Positions 12,314 to 25,565 of a stretch of DNA of 64,000 nucleotides are shown piece by piece. Under the pieces are notes generated by a model. That model was not told where the DNA came from. It saw only the letters and a program-made list of their open reading frames with translations, and did no database searches. The position numbers and the translations under genes were made by a program. The stretch's first letter is position 1, and every line of letters starts with the position of its first letter. Source of the DNA: Trichoplax adhaerens (lineage: Eukaryota; Animalia; Placozoa); contig NW_002060943.1 of assembly GCF_000150275.1 (NCBI RefSeq), forward strand, positions 4,732,008 through 4,796,007, written 5' to 3'.

Positions 12314-13223
12314 ATTTCGAATTTCGCAGTAAGTGATTTGTGAGCCTAAGATAGTTCAACCCCAAAATGTTGCGTACGGCATTCACTGTACAAAAGAAAT
12401 ATGTGCTCTTTTCAGATACAGATCACACGCCGTTGCAATTGGCAATAGTTGCTATATTGCTTTTGAATCTTAGCTATCAACAAAGATGGTCTTAGCAAGT
12501 AGGTATGGACATCCTACTGGCGAAAATCAAGTTTATACAAAATAATTGTTCTATAATTGCTGTGCTAGTAATATCAGGGCATCCTCACAAAGTATTTGGA
12601 ACTTTTACTCAAAAATTAGAATTGAGAATTTGCATAGTTATCCAAAAGCATACGCGTATACGTATGATATATACATGCATTACTATTATTGATAAAGTTA
12701 CATCGTATTAATTAGACTGTAAATAAGAAGACGGAGTTTTGATACCAATTTTATAAATATGCGGTTGATGTAAATAAAAATAGCATATTTGAGCATCATC
12801 CTTGCAATTATTTTCTGATCAACAAGGTCGTACATTACTTATTCGACCTTACAATATAAAACAAATATTTATAGCTAACCCATCACCTCTTCAATTTTTA
12901 TGCTACACTAAGGTATATTTTGCTTGTTACATATACGATAGGTCTATTAGTGTGCATTTGCCAATGCACACTAATCACACCGCACGCTACTTTAATGCAA
13001 AACTACCTTGTAAATAAATGCTGTTATTATGATAATTATGATTACTCTGGCGATATATTTTCTAACTGAAGCTATTTTCTTAATTGATTATTTAATTTAC
13101 ATGATAGTACCAGGATTAAAGTGCTAAACCAAATTATTTGTCTATTTGCTACAAATACCCTATTTATTTTTAATTTCGTATACGGTACTTAAAAATTGGT
13201 GCAGTATTGCTATTTCAGCAATA

Positions 13224-13820
13224 GAGCATAAAATTTGTGAGATAAAAAGGCACTTATAGTTAAAACTTTCACAATGATTATATTAGATTTGTAATTATAT
13301 GAAGCTAATTTAAGTAACTATTATAGCTGTGATGTTTCGGAAAGTTGAGAGTTAGGCATTAGTCGCAATAAAGTACAATAGAATAGTTAATGGAAGAGTA
13401 ATCTTTATTGAGCTAGTGTAAGAGATTAATCGTGTAAGATTATCGCGCGAGTAACGACGTGATTAGTCGAATAACTATAGTAGTGTAGAATAGGTAAAGT
13501 GTGCAAGCTTACCGTGTAACTACCAGAACTAACTAATGAGATAGGCGAAAGAAGATATCTTTTATAATGTTAAGACACATCAGGAGGAAATTACTTATAG
13601 ACACGGATGATTCATAATAATATATTACTTCTATATAAGGATAATGCTACGGTATAATCTAGCTAGAGTCTAAGAGACTTCTAAAGCGATAAAGTTGAAA
13701 TACCAATTTTATAGTATGATCGAGCATGAAATGGGAATAAAAAGGCACTTGTAGTTAAAAATTTTGTAATGATTCCATTGTTTTTGTAATTATAGGAGAC
13801 AATTCAAGTAATCACTACAG
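13224..13820 (+). repeat. Diverged direct repeat pair, ~100 bp (13224-13326, 13722-13820)
   Basis: Shared gagcat.aaat...ataaaaaggcactt.tagttaaaa...tgtaattata...aatt.aagtaa. Confidence 0.75.
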
Positions 13821-14909
13821 ATTTGTATTTGAGCTAAGTTATATCATCTATGCCTATTAACAAACTGATCAATGGCTTAGTTAAACGCTTTTACCGCAAA
13901 TAGTATTTTCTATTCAATATGGAATTTTAAATTAGCATCAATTTTATTAATGCCCTATACCAGTGTGTCATAAACCAGCTCTATGACCAAAATAACGAAA
14001 AAGCTAGGCCTACAAATTGTCGCCTTGAAATACGTATCAAGGCACTAAAATCCGTCTAAAGTAATACTTAGGAACATTTATCTCTGATTCCTCTGTATTG
14101 ATTTTAGTTAATTGTAGTAGTACAGCAGGTAGCTAATAGGATGAGATGGCGTACTTGTGCTATTTCTAGTAGATGACTGGGATTCTCCGGTTAAGGCAGT
14201 ATATGATAGCAAAATATATTCGTGTTTCACATTAAGGAATTACTCCATTTTGTTAATTCAAATTTTGGATTAGGTAAGTGAATCTACAGTAATAGCAGAG
14301 GACTATTGCTCGGTTATTACACCCTCAGATATTTAGTGATTTGTACGACTGTAACTTAACGTTAAGCACTAAATTGAAGAAATAATTTTATTTTTTATAT
14401 ACCTTTCCTTGGAGCCAGAAGTTATAATAATTTCAACAGCGCTTATGTGATCGGGTAAATTTATATCTAAATGTTTAATTAATACGGCAATATTTAGAGC
14501 ATAGATATCTGATGAATAATATATGATCATAAGATTACATTATGCCTATTTACAGGATCATCATGTATTCATATACGACCTAATGTGAATTAATGACATA
14601 TCACATATTACAATACAAGGCGTGTAAAGTATGAACTATCTAGTAATCTGAATAAAGCTATGCTACTAAACTTGAAAACTCCTCTATAATGAGATATTGC
14701 TGTGGTACAGTACCAGCAATATTCTAATAGCATTAAGATTAGTAATATCATGATTCATACGCTTTATAATTAATTTTTTTATATACCTTACTAAATAATC
14801 ACATACCTGAGTGGAACTTTTTAACAGATGATTTAAATTTAGCAATATCATAACCACGTAAATTTAATTAGTTGTTTACTATTCTTCAACTAAACCTTCC
14901 AAAAATTAT

Positions 14910-15066
14910 GATTTATGATGTTTAACTTAGTTATAACACTAATTCTCAAGGTTAACAATAGAATTTTCTCCATTTATAAACTAAACGACCTAGCAATTAC
15001 GATTTATGGTCTTCAACTTAGCTATAATATTAATTCTCAGGACTTACAATAGACTTTTTCTCTATT
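14910..15066 (+). repeat. Diverged tandem duplication, period 91 bp
   Basis: gatttatg...aacttag.tataa.a.taattctca...acaataga at 14910 and 15001. Confidence 0.75.
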
Positions 15067-15106
15067 CGCCAATAATCAGTAAGGGAATTTAATGTTAAAG
15101 TAGTAT

Positions 15107-15526
15107 CTCAATAGTTCATGAGTCATAGTTAATACAATTAACCTCGGAATCATTTACTGAATTAGATATTAATTTTAGCTACTGCTCCCTTAATGCAGAC
15201 AACAGTATTTACGAACGTGGACATGCAATGACTAATATAGAATAGTCAGATTACGATATGTCCTATCACGGAACATTTCCATGATAATTTATGATCTACC
15301 ATAAGTAAATTACAATCAAAATGATTGGAACTGTAAGTAGATAATTTGCATTCCCTATTATAACTATTAATTTCAATACGTATATAAGTGTCACTATCAT
15401 AAAAAGTCAGTGCTATATTAAAACACAGTATATCCAAAATTAGAAGTTAACTAAATAAGGATAGGCTAACATGAATTATCCTAACATAGATATTTCTACT
15501 CTAATACAGTACATAGCACTGTCACA
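15107..15526 (-). mobile_element. Truncated family A element (older variant)
   Basis: Aligns with ~21095-21512 and ends CACTGTCACA. The other end is missing. Confidence 0.85.
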
Positions 15527-16652
15527 TACACATAGCAGTTGGTGGCATTAGACTATCCAACTGTCATTCTAAAGCAATCAAACACACTCGATAAGATAAA
15601 TTATACCCTGGACTCAAGAAAACAACTAATTGATACTAAGTATAGTTTAGCTTGAAACTGTACCTTTCTATAGTAAACACTAAGACAAATCAACAATTCC
15701 AGATTAAATGCTTGGGATTCATACTGTATGAAATTACAAAGTAACATTAACTTCTACTGTAATTAATGATCAAAATTAGAACACATATATCCTATTACTA
15801 AATGCATCGCTTGAATTACAAAGTCATAATATCCGATTCTTAACAAAAGCTATGCTACGGATTATCTTAACTTCTAACCCGAATAAAGCAGTTGGGTTTA
15901 CAATATAAGAAGATATTAAGTAAAATCTACTATTATAATCAACCAAGTAAGTCATAATTTTAAAGCTAGAATACTTATCATAATAAAAAAACTAGGCAAG
16001 AATAATTACAATACAAGAACTTGAGAAAAGTTCTAAAAATTAACTTTCATTGCATTCACTTTCAATATTATAAAATTAAAGTAAGTTATTAGACTAAGTA
16101 GTGTAAGCAATTGTTACATTTTCGTCGACTTCATTTATTTTTATATTATAGCTGCCGAATTAAATTTATGAAATATTAAATATATGTAGTTACAGAATCA
16201 AAGCATACAATATCAACTACTCTATGGAAATTGATTGATTTCAAATGTGAATGAAATACAAGTGAATGTGGTTACAGAAGCCTAATCTTAGGTAATATTT
16301 TTGTAAGCTAGTCAATATGATTTTTACATCGAAAATTTAGGAAATGCGCGTAAAGGATGAATATGCAATTTTTTAATTTAGTGTTGTCTTACTTTTACAT
16401 ATGAGATGTAAAGTAAAGAGTAATTGCATTAACAGAGTAAGGTATTAAATCGCAATTTCCTTCAAAATTTCGAGAACATCGCAAGAATAAATTGTAATTG
16501 CATAAAATGTTAAGGTAACTTTATACCAGGTTTAAATTATGCGGCATACTTAGGCACATAATCACCAAACATTACGCTATAGTGTAAAAATTCATAGCAA
16601 ATGGTGTTAGAAATTTTATTAACATCAATCACTAAGTTATGCTGGGAGAAAT

Positions 16653-19600
16653 TCAGCAAGCTATTGGAGATGATATTTTTTCTCCATGTATCTGTAACAT
16701 ACTATGTCTTCTGTAGTCGTTATTGGAGATACTAAACTGCAAAGGAAGAATAAACTTTGATTTTACCAATCGATTGGCCGTTTTAAATTGAGTAAATCTT
16801 ATTTTTACTGCTGGCCAAATTGATTGTTGTTTCTAGTATAAAGAAATAAAATTTAAAGATGCAATTAGAACTTTAATCCAATTTATAGTATACTGATCTA
16901 TTAGCATTAACATGTACAGTAATGCCAAAATAAGGAAATGGAAGTGTTAGGTAAAATTAGATGAGTATATAATACATAATATTAATATGTAATCATTCTT
17001 TAACTCTTAATGTGGGTGTGTAAGAATTTACTGTGTGAAATAGTATAGCTTAAATCATAGTCCTAGATAGAACTAGTGAAATTTGTGCATTATGATATCA
17101 TGCTGTGAAATCAGCGAAAGTATATCAATACAAATCGGGTAATAAAAAAATTTAATGTACAATATAATCTATTCTCTGAGCAACTCTCGTATAAAATATT
17201 AATATAGATGCATAGCAAACATTGCTCGCGCTACCATAGCATAAGCAATGTTGTATAATAAAGTTAATAAATAATTACAGTCTTATAGAAACACGTTTAG
17301 AATTGTCCTTAATATGTCAGTTAATCATAGTTGAACTGCTTTACCTACTTGCCATCAGACTTATCGACATCTCGTTACAGAGTTATAATCCATTCTACAC
17401 ACAAAACTATGCAACTAACACCTGCAGCACATAATGTTAAAACAAATACACTATATAAGTGATTGATATCGATCTGTTTGTAGCTGGTGGTTGTCTTACT
17501 GGTTACATATTGACCGGCTTTCTGATACCTATAATCCGTTAATAAAATATTACCAAACTGATGAAGCTGTTAAAATCAATATGCAATATTCATCCAATGA
17601 AATAGCTATCAGTAAACTGGGATTGCTGCTGTAGCCTGTTTTATTTATATAGATTCAAAATTTGTGTGTATTTTGTGCATATAACAATTTATTAATTTTA
17701 CCTCACAATATTCATGTATTGGATCACCCACTGAATTGAAATTCCTGTCTATGCTGAGATTTAAATGTAACTTTAACGCAAGTACCTCAAGAATAAAAAT
17801 TTTGTGCACATTATTAACCTGTTAAAGTATAATTCTGTATAGCTACGTTATGCATATTTAGATCCCGCAATTCGATATTTTACATTACTACGTGCGTTTT
17901 CGGTGCTATAAGCTATACTATATAAAATGGGTTAATAGTAACTGGAGAGGTAAAATTAATATAATAGACGTCTTGCATAATATTTATACATCTGTATGTA
18001 TCGAAAAATTATTTAAACATATCTTACTTTATTTAATATATCTTAACAACCTAAGCTGATCAACAAATTTAAATATCGGAACTATTAAAAGAAAGGTAAA
18101 TTCATTTGTTTCCTTTTAGATAATATCTATGGCACCTTTCTAGATAAAAGAAAATATTTTTCTAATTTATCAATTATTAAGAGTATGCTCGATATAACCA
18201 CTTTGTCGTAATTTTAAGATGGCAATACTAATTTCTGGGTAAATGGTGACCCTTTTCTTAACCCTAAAGCATATCCATCTTTTCGAAATTGTCCTCCAAC
18301 TGTATTCAGTGTGCAATATTTGTTTTTGTAATAGGCGATTATAGCTGCATCCCATAAAAATGCATAATCTTCATTCTTAGTCTTATAATACCAGCTTCTG
18401 TATTTGGAACATTGATTAGACGCTGTGCCATTTCATTGTATGGGGCCATTGTCGCACGTTCAAAAAAAGTTGTAGACGCTACTGCCTTGTACTGTTCCAT
18501 ATTTAACTTTGCTTTGGGAAGCCAGCTCTTGCAAGGAATTAATTTCTATTGAAAGTACACCGTCAATGAAAATAAATCAACATATAATTAGGTACAATAA
18601 AGCATATATTAATTCAGTAAGAGGAAACTATGCTATAGTTGCTTACACATGTTGAAGATATTTTGCTCTATTATCGGCGTACTGCAAGCATATGGTATTT
18701 ACTGGGATTTAGGATTGATAACATTATTATAACCGTAAACGATAAGTTTAATGTAAGAAGGCTTTTCTCTTTACCATCTGCTCCAATTGTGCGTTAAATT
18801 GGGGTTTTCATAATTATATTGTAGCATGATGTTAACCATATAATTTCCATTAAACACTACGGCAATTTAAGGTTCTGGATACCGTAGTGATAAGCCCAAC
18901 TATCATTCTGTATTTTCTATAAAGCTGCAAAAGTTCTACTACAATATGCCGTTGTTACTGTACTCAATTGCAAACATGCAGACAAGCAAACGATCATTGA
19001 TCTTTAGTAGTACAGTATAGAGATTGACATTGCATGATTTGAAAGTGTTCCTACACAAGTTTTGCTTTATGATAAAATTGGATTAATGGTGATGTTACGG
19101 AGCTAGTAGCTCCGTGTTTACGATTAATAATTGTTTACAATCATGTATGACCATGCTGACTAGCACCTAGTAGTAGAAAATAGCTGTCATGTAATTGAAG
19201 TAAGTATTATTAGTGTGGAATTGCTATACGCAGTATTAAGGCAGTTAGCAATCAATAATTGTTGGTCGCTTAATATTATTATTGCTACTGATTATTAATC
19301 GTGTATTATTATGGTCTAACAAATAGGACATAAATATTGTTCGCTGTTGTTGTGTGTGATAATTAGACTTGCTAACTGGAGTAACTAATATTATTGGCGA
19401 CAAGTATAGTGACTGTAAATAAGAAAGGGTATTTAAGTTCTCCTGAGACTAGTGTAAAAGAAAAGGCCTTAGTGTAGCTAGAAGTTAATAAAGTTATTAA
19501 CCTAGATCTATCGTTTGACTCAGTCTCTTTACTATTGGAATAAGTTAGTTTTCCTTATAGAGGATTGCCTGAAGTTAGTCGGTGATCGGATAGAGTAGGT

Positions 19601-20723
19601 AGAATAGACTAGGCCCGATCGCGAAAGCTGTTTTGTGACAGGTGAATAAATCAATTGCAGTTAGTATGAATAATATTCATATTGCTGCATCAAAGCAAAA
19701 CTATTCGATACTTAGTTATCAAATTTATTTTTAAATAAGAAGCGATAAGAACTGCAATTAGAAATTGTAACCAGAGTTTAAATTTTTAACGGTCAAGAAG
19801 GCTGCCAAATTTGCAGTATAGGTAGCAATTATAATACATGAAGCAAGCCATGCAGAACCTAGCATAATTCTTCCTGATATAGCAGTAGGAGGTCTATCAT
19901 GTCCTTGTTGTAGAAAAGTCGACACAGAATTCCATAAGGAATTGCCCAAATTCATGGATGCAACAACCTCTCCATAATCATCTTTCCATTTTTGCTGTGC
20001 ATTTTTCAGATCATTATTTTTTTCTTCAGCTTTTAAGCGTTTGCAAATTGGTAAGTGTTGAACCGCGTCAATGAATGAGTCATAGGGGTTAAGAATACCG
20101 ACTACGAAAAATAAGATCGCCATAACGATTAAAAATACTCCAATAACAATCCATAAGGAAAGATTGAATGGTGCAAAGCATCGAAAAATGGATACTAGAG
20201 GAGTCTTTGGTTTGGTCATTAAAATAGTTACTCCTTGATCCATGAAAGGAATTGTAAAATCAAACTCTTCAGATCGTTTAACTGTGATAGAAAATGCCCC
20301 TGCAGCAATATCGGCCTTCTACAATTTCAATCACCGTCGGATTTATAAATAGATACAGATAAATTACGACAATAAAAGCAGCTATTACTAGACAGTTTTT
20401 GCATTAAAAGGTGAGCACGTAACATGTGATACAGTAATTTATTTGTAGAGTTGAATTGAATTCCTAGCATAATTTGAACTATAAATATCTTATAACGTTC
20501 AGACATGTTTTCTAACCTCGTCAATTATATCCTTTACCATTCCGTTCCATTCTTGAGAAATAAGACTAAACCCACCATAGCTATTATCTTTGACGACTTC
20601 TAAAGTAAACTGAAATTTCAACGATTTACTTAATTCGTTTAATAAATCAACAATGAAACCCTCAAATCTTGAATTTCCTTCTAAATTATCTGCTGATATC
20701 TTCCAGTTTAAGAAAGATGATTC
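16653..20723 (-). pseudogene. Ionotropic glutamate receptor pseudogene, 3' half (S1-M1-M2-M3-S2-M4-CTD)
   Basis: Exons: 20723-20517 (FEGFIVDLL...WNGMV); 20318-19772 (ADIAAGAFSITVKR, FDFTIPFMDQG, M1, QQG pore, ATYTANLAAFLT); ~18545-18172 (S2: YGTV, YAFLWD, GYALGL, with three 1-nt frameshifts and a lost donor); 17528-17345 (M4, then in-frame TAA); 16832-16653 (tail). No ATD exons directly upstream. Confidence 0.88.
19093..19640 (+). mobile_element. Solo-LTR-like element, family C (548 bp), in an iGluR intron
   Basis: TGTTACGG...AAAGCTGTTTTGTGACA with exact TSD GGTGA (19088-19092, 19641-19645). Internal AATAAA. Confidence 0.88.
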
Positions 20724-20881
20724 CTATATTACGCGCTAAAAGAGAAGATGGCACATGAAATATTATCCGGATAGAAATCAAGTTCTTATGCTTTTGTTGA
20801 ACTGATTAATTATTGACTAAGATGTCTTAAGCTTATGTTTGCGTGTTTTAAATGAAATAAAGCTGTTTATGTATAGAAGAT

Positions 20882-21512
20882 TGTCACAAAACAGCTTTGC
20901 AACAAGATAACGCAATATACGATCAATAAGTCAATTCCTTGAACCACGTATCAAGGAACGATATCTGCACTATCACAAACACTTTTGCTCTACTAGCAGA
21001 CTACACAAAGACTTAAACGCCTCGTATTTTACGTTAAACACTAAGTTGGACAATTCTTCTTTATTTCACGATATACTGCATTTATATACTATTCCTCAAT
21101 AGTTCATGAGTCATAGTTAATACAATTAACATTAGAATCATTTACTGAATTAGATATTAATTTTAGCTACTGCTCCCTTAATGCAGATAACAGTATTTAC
21201 GAACATAGACATATAATGACTAATACAGAATAGTCAGATTACGATATGTCCTATCACGGAACATTTCCATGATAATTTACAGTCTATCATAAGTAAATTA
21301 CAATCACAATGATTCGAACTGTAAGCAGATGATTTGCATTCCCTATTATAACTATTAATTTCAGTATGTGTATAAGTGTCACTGTCATAAAAAGTCAGTG
21401 CTATATTAAAATACAGTATATCCAAATTAGAAGTTAACTAAATAAGGATAGTCTAATAGAATTATCCCAACATTGATATTTCTACTGTAATACAGTATAT
21501 AACACTGTAACA
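20882..21512 (-). mobile_element. Family A element (631 bp), full length, no TSD
   Basis: Nearly identical to the reverse complement of 5610-6240. Flanks AAGAT and ATACT do not match. Confidence 0.92.
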
Positions 21513-21660
21513 ATACTGTATAGCTAAAATTATTTTGTTTTAGAAAGGATAAGTTGAATTCAATGTTAAATGCATTAATGATACTTGCTGACTAGAAGTT
21601 CGACTTTCGCTGATTAAAGAATCGGAAACAATCTAATCTCTTATTTCTTTGAATTAATAG

Positions 21661-23850
21661 GGACCGTTCTCTTTTACCTCGAATAGAAATCGTCTGGGAG
21701 TTCTTGTAATTCAAAGAATACAAAGTGTGTAACCCTATTATTAGAATATCTTGATGATTCGACTTTATAGTGTAGTTAAAATTCATTATTATCTCAAAGA
21801 TGCCAAAAATGTCATCCTTGGGCATTATTATGAAAAAAGTGAGCAGACTGCATGGAAGAGTGGTATTAATATCAGTTGGGGAATTGCAGGTAATACTTAT
21901 CGATATTATAACTGCTTTGATTCGGTATATTGCAGTGATGATGAGATTAGTATAATGACTAGTATGAGATAAAGGTAAAAGTCATCAGTTGGTACCTTGG
22001 CCCGATAATATAGCTCAATATATGCAGAACTTTCTCTTCATCACCGATTTTGATAGGAACTATTTGCATACTAAAAATTTATCATTAGAAAGACGCAAAG
22101 ATTTTTCAAAAGAACAAGTAATTACATTAGACATGATTAACTCTTCATTCCTAAATAGACCGCAAGCCACCTGCTGACTATCCTTATGTTACAAAAGTCT
22201 TTTCCGTTATTCCGTTTACCGCAACGATTATTGTTATTATCGCAGCAGTTATTGGTATCTTTCTGGCACTCATCTTCGCTTTACTAAATGTCTATTATCG
22301 TAATCGAAGGTACAACAGACTATTAATGTCACTGAAAACAGAAAGACTAATATATTTCTACTCAAAGTGCATATCTATCGCATTTTCCCTTTCAGTCTAG
22401 ATTTGGTATTTGTATTAAAATATTTGCATAGTATTTTTACATTTTGATGTTTGGCTAACATGTGATAATAAGGAAGCAGATTTAAGTAAATTTACTATAA
22501 AATTTAATAAACTGCTAAATAATTCAAATATACTTATTATCTGTTAGGATTGATGTATATTTTCTTGATTTTGTGTTATAATCGAAACAAAAGGGCTATC
22601 AAGGTTGCAAGTCCCAACATAAATTATACTATCATCATTGGTGCTATTCTATGCTATATATCAACCATCTTACAAGTCATTTACATTGATCCCGTTAATG
22701 AGACTGACTTGATGTTATTAATTTGTCGAGTAAGAGATTTTGATGGAACTAATTGTTACGATTTATCTTATTATCATATTATTCTTATAAATTAGAAATA
22801 TAATTATCTTGGAATGATATTGAAATTACTCGTTATTGATTAAAATATAATCATAATAGAATCCAATATATATTTCAATATTCCAAAGAAAATTAAAAGA
22901 TAAATAGTGTCCTTTTTGTACTTACTATACTAGCATAATTACGACATAAAAATCTTTAGTGATTGCCATGGTTTATCAATGGTATTTATTTGCATCTTTA
23001 GGGAAGAATCTGGTTTCTCGTACTAGGCTTTCTTATGGTATTTGGTGCCTTGTTTGCAAAGACTTGGAGATTGAAAATGATATTTCAGAATAAGATTGCT
23101 AGAAGCAGAGTTAGTATTACAACTGAAAGTGCTTAACTTTAGTTCTAGTATAGATAGCGTACACTATATTTTTGATAATACTAAATAAGCTATTTACTCT
23201 GTCATAACTCCATTATAGACAGAATTACCCTTTCTAACCTACCGATTCTCTTAGATTATTACGGATTCTCAATTATACCTCGTCATATTGATTATTGTAC
23301 TGATTGGTGCTGCAATCTTAACTATTCAAGCTGCAATTGATCCAATATTTTAGAGAGTAAAATAGAAACCCAACTGATGGTAAATATTCTATTTTAACCT
23401 AATTGGTTAGAAAATCGCTCACAACCGGCACCATAGTATGACTAAAATGTTTCAAATTAGTGACTTCATTAATATGAAAAAATATACTGTTTACCAAAAT
23501 TTATTATCAATATTTGAATTAGGGATATCGCGTCAACAGCCTCGTAGTTTATTATAAGAATAAATGCGTAACTCAGAATGTCATGTTATGGCATGTTATT
23601 ATACTAATTCTTGGAGGAGTTTTGCTACTTTATGGACTGTCACTAGCTTGGAGAACCCGTAATATACCCTTCCACCTAGCTAACGATTCGAAATACATTA
23701 TTTTCACAATTTATAACGTAACTATTTTCTCTGGAATTGCTATTCTTGTTGGCCATACTCTTTCAAATATTGCCCTGCGAGTCATCTTGGTGGCAATATT
23801 AACCATTATAGTGACAACAGGATCGTTATGTTTAATATTTATACCTAAAG
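21661..23850 (+). pseudogene. GABA-B receptor-like class C GPCR, 5'-truncated with a frameshift
   Basis: Exons 21661-21724, 21800-21889, 22159-22309, 22594-22729, 23002-23109, 23255-23379, 23523-23850. Motifs: PPAD, IKVASPNIN, FGALFAKTWR, LAWRTRN, NDSKYI, FIPK. Exon 23255-23379 is 125 nt, giving TAG after DPIF (1-nt loss in a T run). Almost all of the Venus flytrap domain is absent. Confidence 0.82.
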
Positions 23851-25148
23851 TACCACAAGTAATGCTTTCAGTAATATGACTTCGTATTTCCTGTAGTATT
23901 CTATAACTTCACGTTTGATTGTTATCTCTTATCGGAATATTGCATTAGATATAAATTTCTTATAACTTCTTATGATTTTTCCAAAATGTAGATATACACA
24001 TCAAAATTAATTTAATGACGATAATTAACTGTAAGAAAAATCTGTTACACTAACTCTATTTAACAAGCGGACAGATAAGGAAAAACTTTTTACAATAACA
24101 GATCTTAAAAAAAGGGGACTAATAATAATAATGACAGATGTGACGCAGATGCTTGAATAGGCTATTTAACTTTTTTACAACATGAAGATTTTGAAGATCA
24201 CTTAACCCTTACAGAACTTAGTATGAGAACGAAATTGTATGATTGGCATTGCATTCTACGATACTAAAATCAATGTGCAGTCTTGAATTACTATAAACAT
24301 TACTCGTATATACCTGTTATTATCAATAGCTCTAGCTTTCATATCATTTTTAAGTTATATCAAGTTTACTTCTAAATAATATATTGCAACAATAATTTAC
24401 CCAATAGCTACATAACAGTAATTAGAATGAATATTCATCTTTAAATCTATTTTATTCCATTACTCTAGAAATTTTGTATCAAAGCATTCGTTTCCTCGAT
24501 TGTAATTCGATCAATTTATACCTAACAACTATAAAGGGCTAAACTTTGTATCTATTAAAAAAACTTTAAATAATGTTATTTCATTAGTACAGTCTTACTT
24601 CATTTTTTGATATCACATTACTTGAGTAAATCACGGCCGTTCATTAATGTAGCAATAAATCTGCTCTAAAATAATTTCTTATTAAATTTTTCTTGAGAAT
24701 CAGGCAATTTGAATTAAATATATTTGTTTTCTTTTACTTATTATGAAACGATAGTTTTGCAAAGCCCACCGACAAGCTAACAGTGTATTATGCCGAGAAA
24801 ATTTTTACGTAAATAAACCAAGATCATTAACGGTAAATTTAATCGAAATTTTAACTTGATACCCCTGATTTAAACTATTGCGTATTTCTTAGTCTACCTA
24901 TCGCTGGCGAATAGAAGGTAGTATCTCAATATGAGTAGGTACGATAATTCTAAAGCTAAATACTCGAATTTATCACAACTTCAACAATAGAATCATGACA
25001 TTCATAAAGCCATACTAAGGAAAATGGAAATTAAGATATCAGAGGTTAGCTTTATTTACATAGGACAAATAATTAATCATAAAACTAAAAGCATAAAGAT
25101 AAAAACTTCAGTTTGCTTTTTACAAATATAAATTATAATTTATTCAAT

Positions 25149-25565
25149 TGTAGTGCAGCCCAAATATAGCTTAAGATTATATACAGTATGTGTGAATATC
25201 GTGCATGACGTAATTACTAGGCTAATTAAGATAGATACGCTTGTATAGGTGCTAGATCGTAGAGTGAGATTAAATATGTGAAGATTTGTATTAGTAATTG
25301 CAATACGGATTGTAAAAGTTATTAGTCATACTGCTTGGCACCTCCAGGTACGCTAGAGGTGTGATGTTAGCCTTATTAAGGTAGATAACGATTTATGTGT
25401 CACGAAGATACTCTGTACACAATTGTATATAAGCAGGAGATTTTATCTCCGAAGACAGAGTAGCCATAGATAATCTAGTCCTTGGTAGAAGACGTAATTA
25501 TTGTAATAAAGTGATTTTCCTTCAAGTTGTGGAAGTCGTTGCGTTTCGATAGACACTTTATTACA
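25149..25565 (+). mobile_element. Solo-LTR-like element, family D (417 bp)
   Basis: TGTAGTGCAGCCC...CACTTTATTACA with exact TSD TCAAT (25144-25148, 25566-25570). Homolog of 1758-2254. Confidence 0.88.

Noticed and set aside
11815-12386. Three 167-173 aa ORFs
   Set aside because: Artefacts of translating through the N gap.
18172-18545. Programmed frameshifting or RNA editing rescuing the iGluR S2 exon
   Set aside because: Three independent indels, a lost splice donor and downstream stops are better explained by pseudogenisation.
5610-21512. A full-length LTR retrotransposon bounded by the two near-identical 631-bp copies
   Set aside because: The copies are inverted, no PBS, PPT or gag-pol was found, and the 5610 copy has its own TSD.
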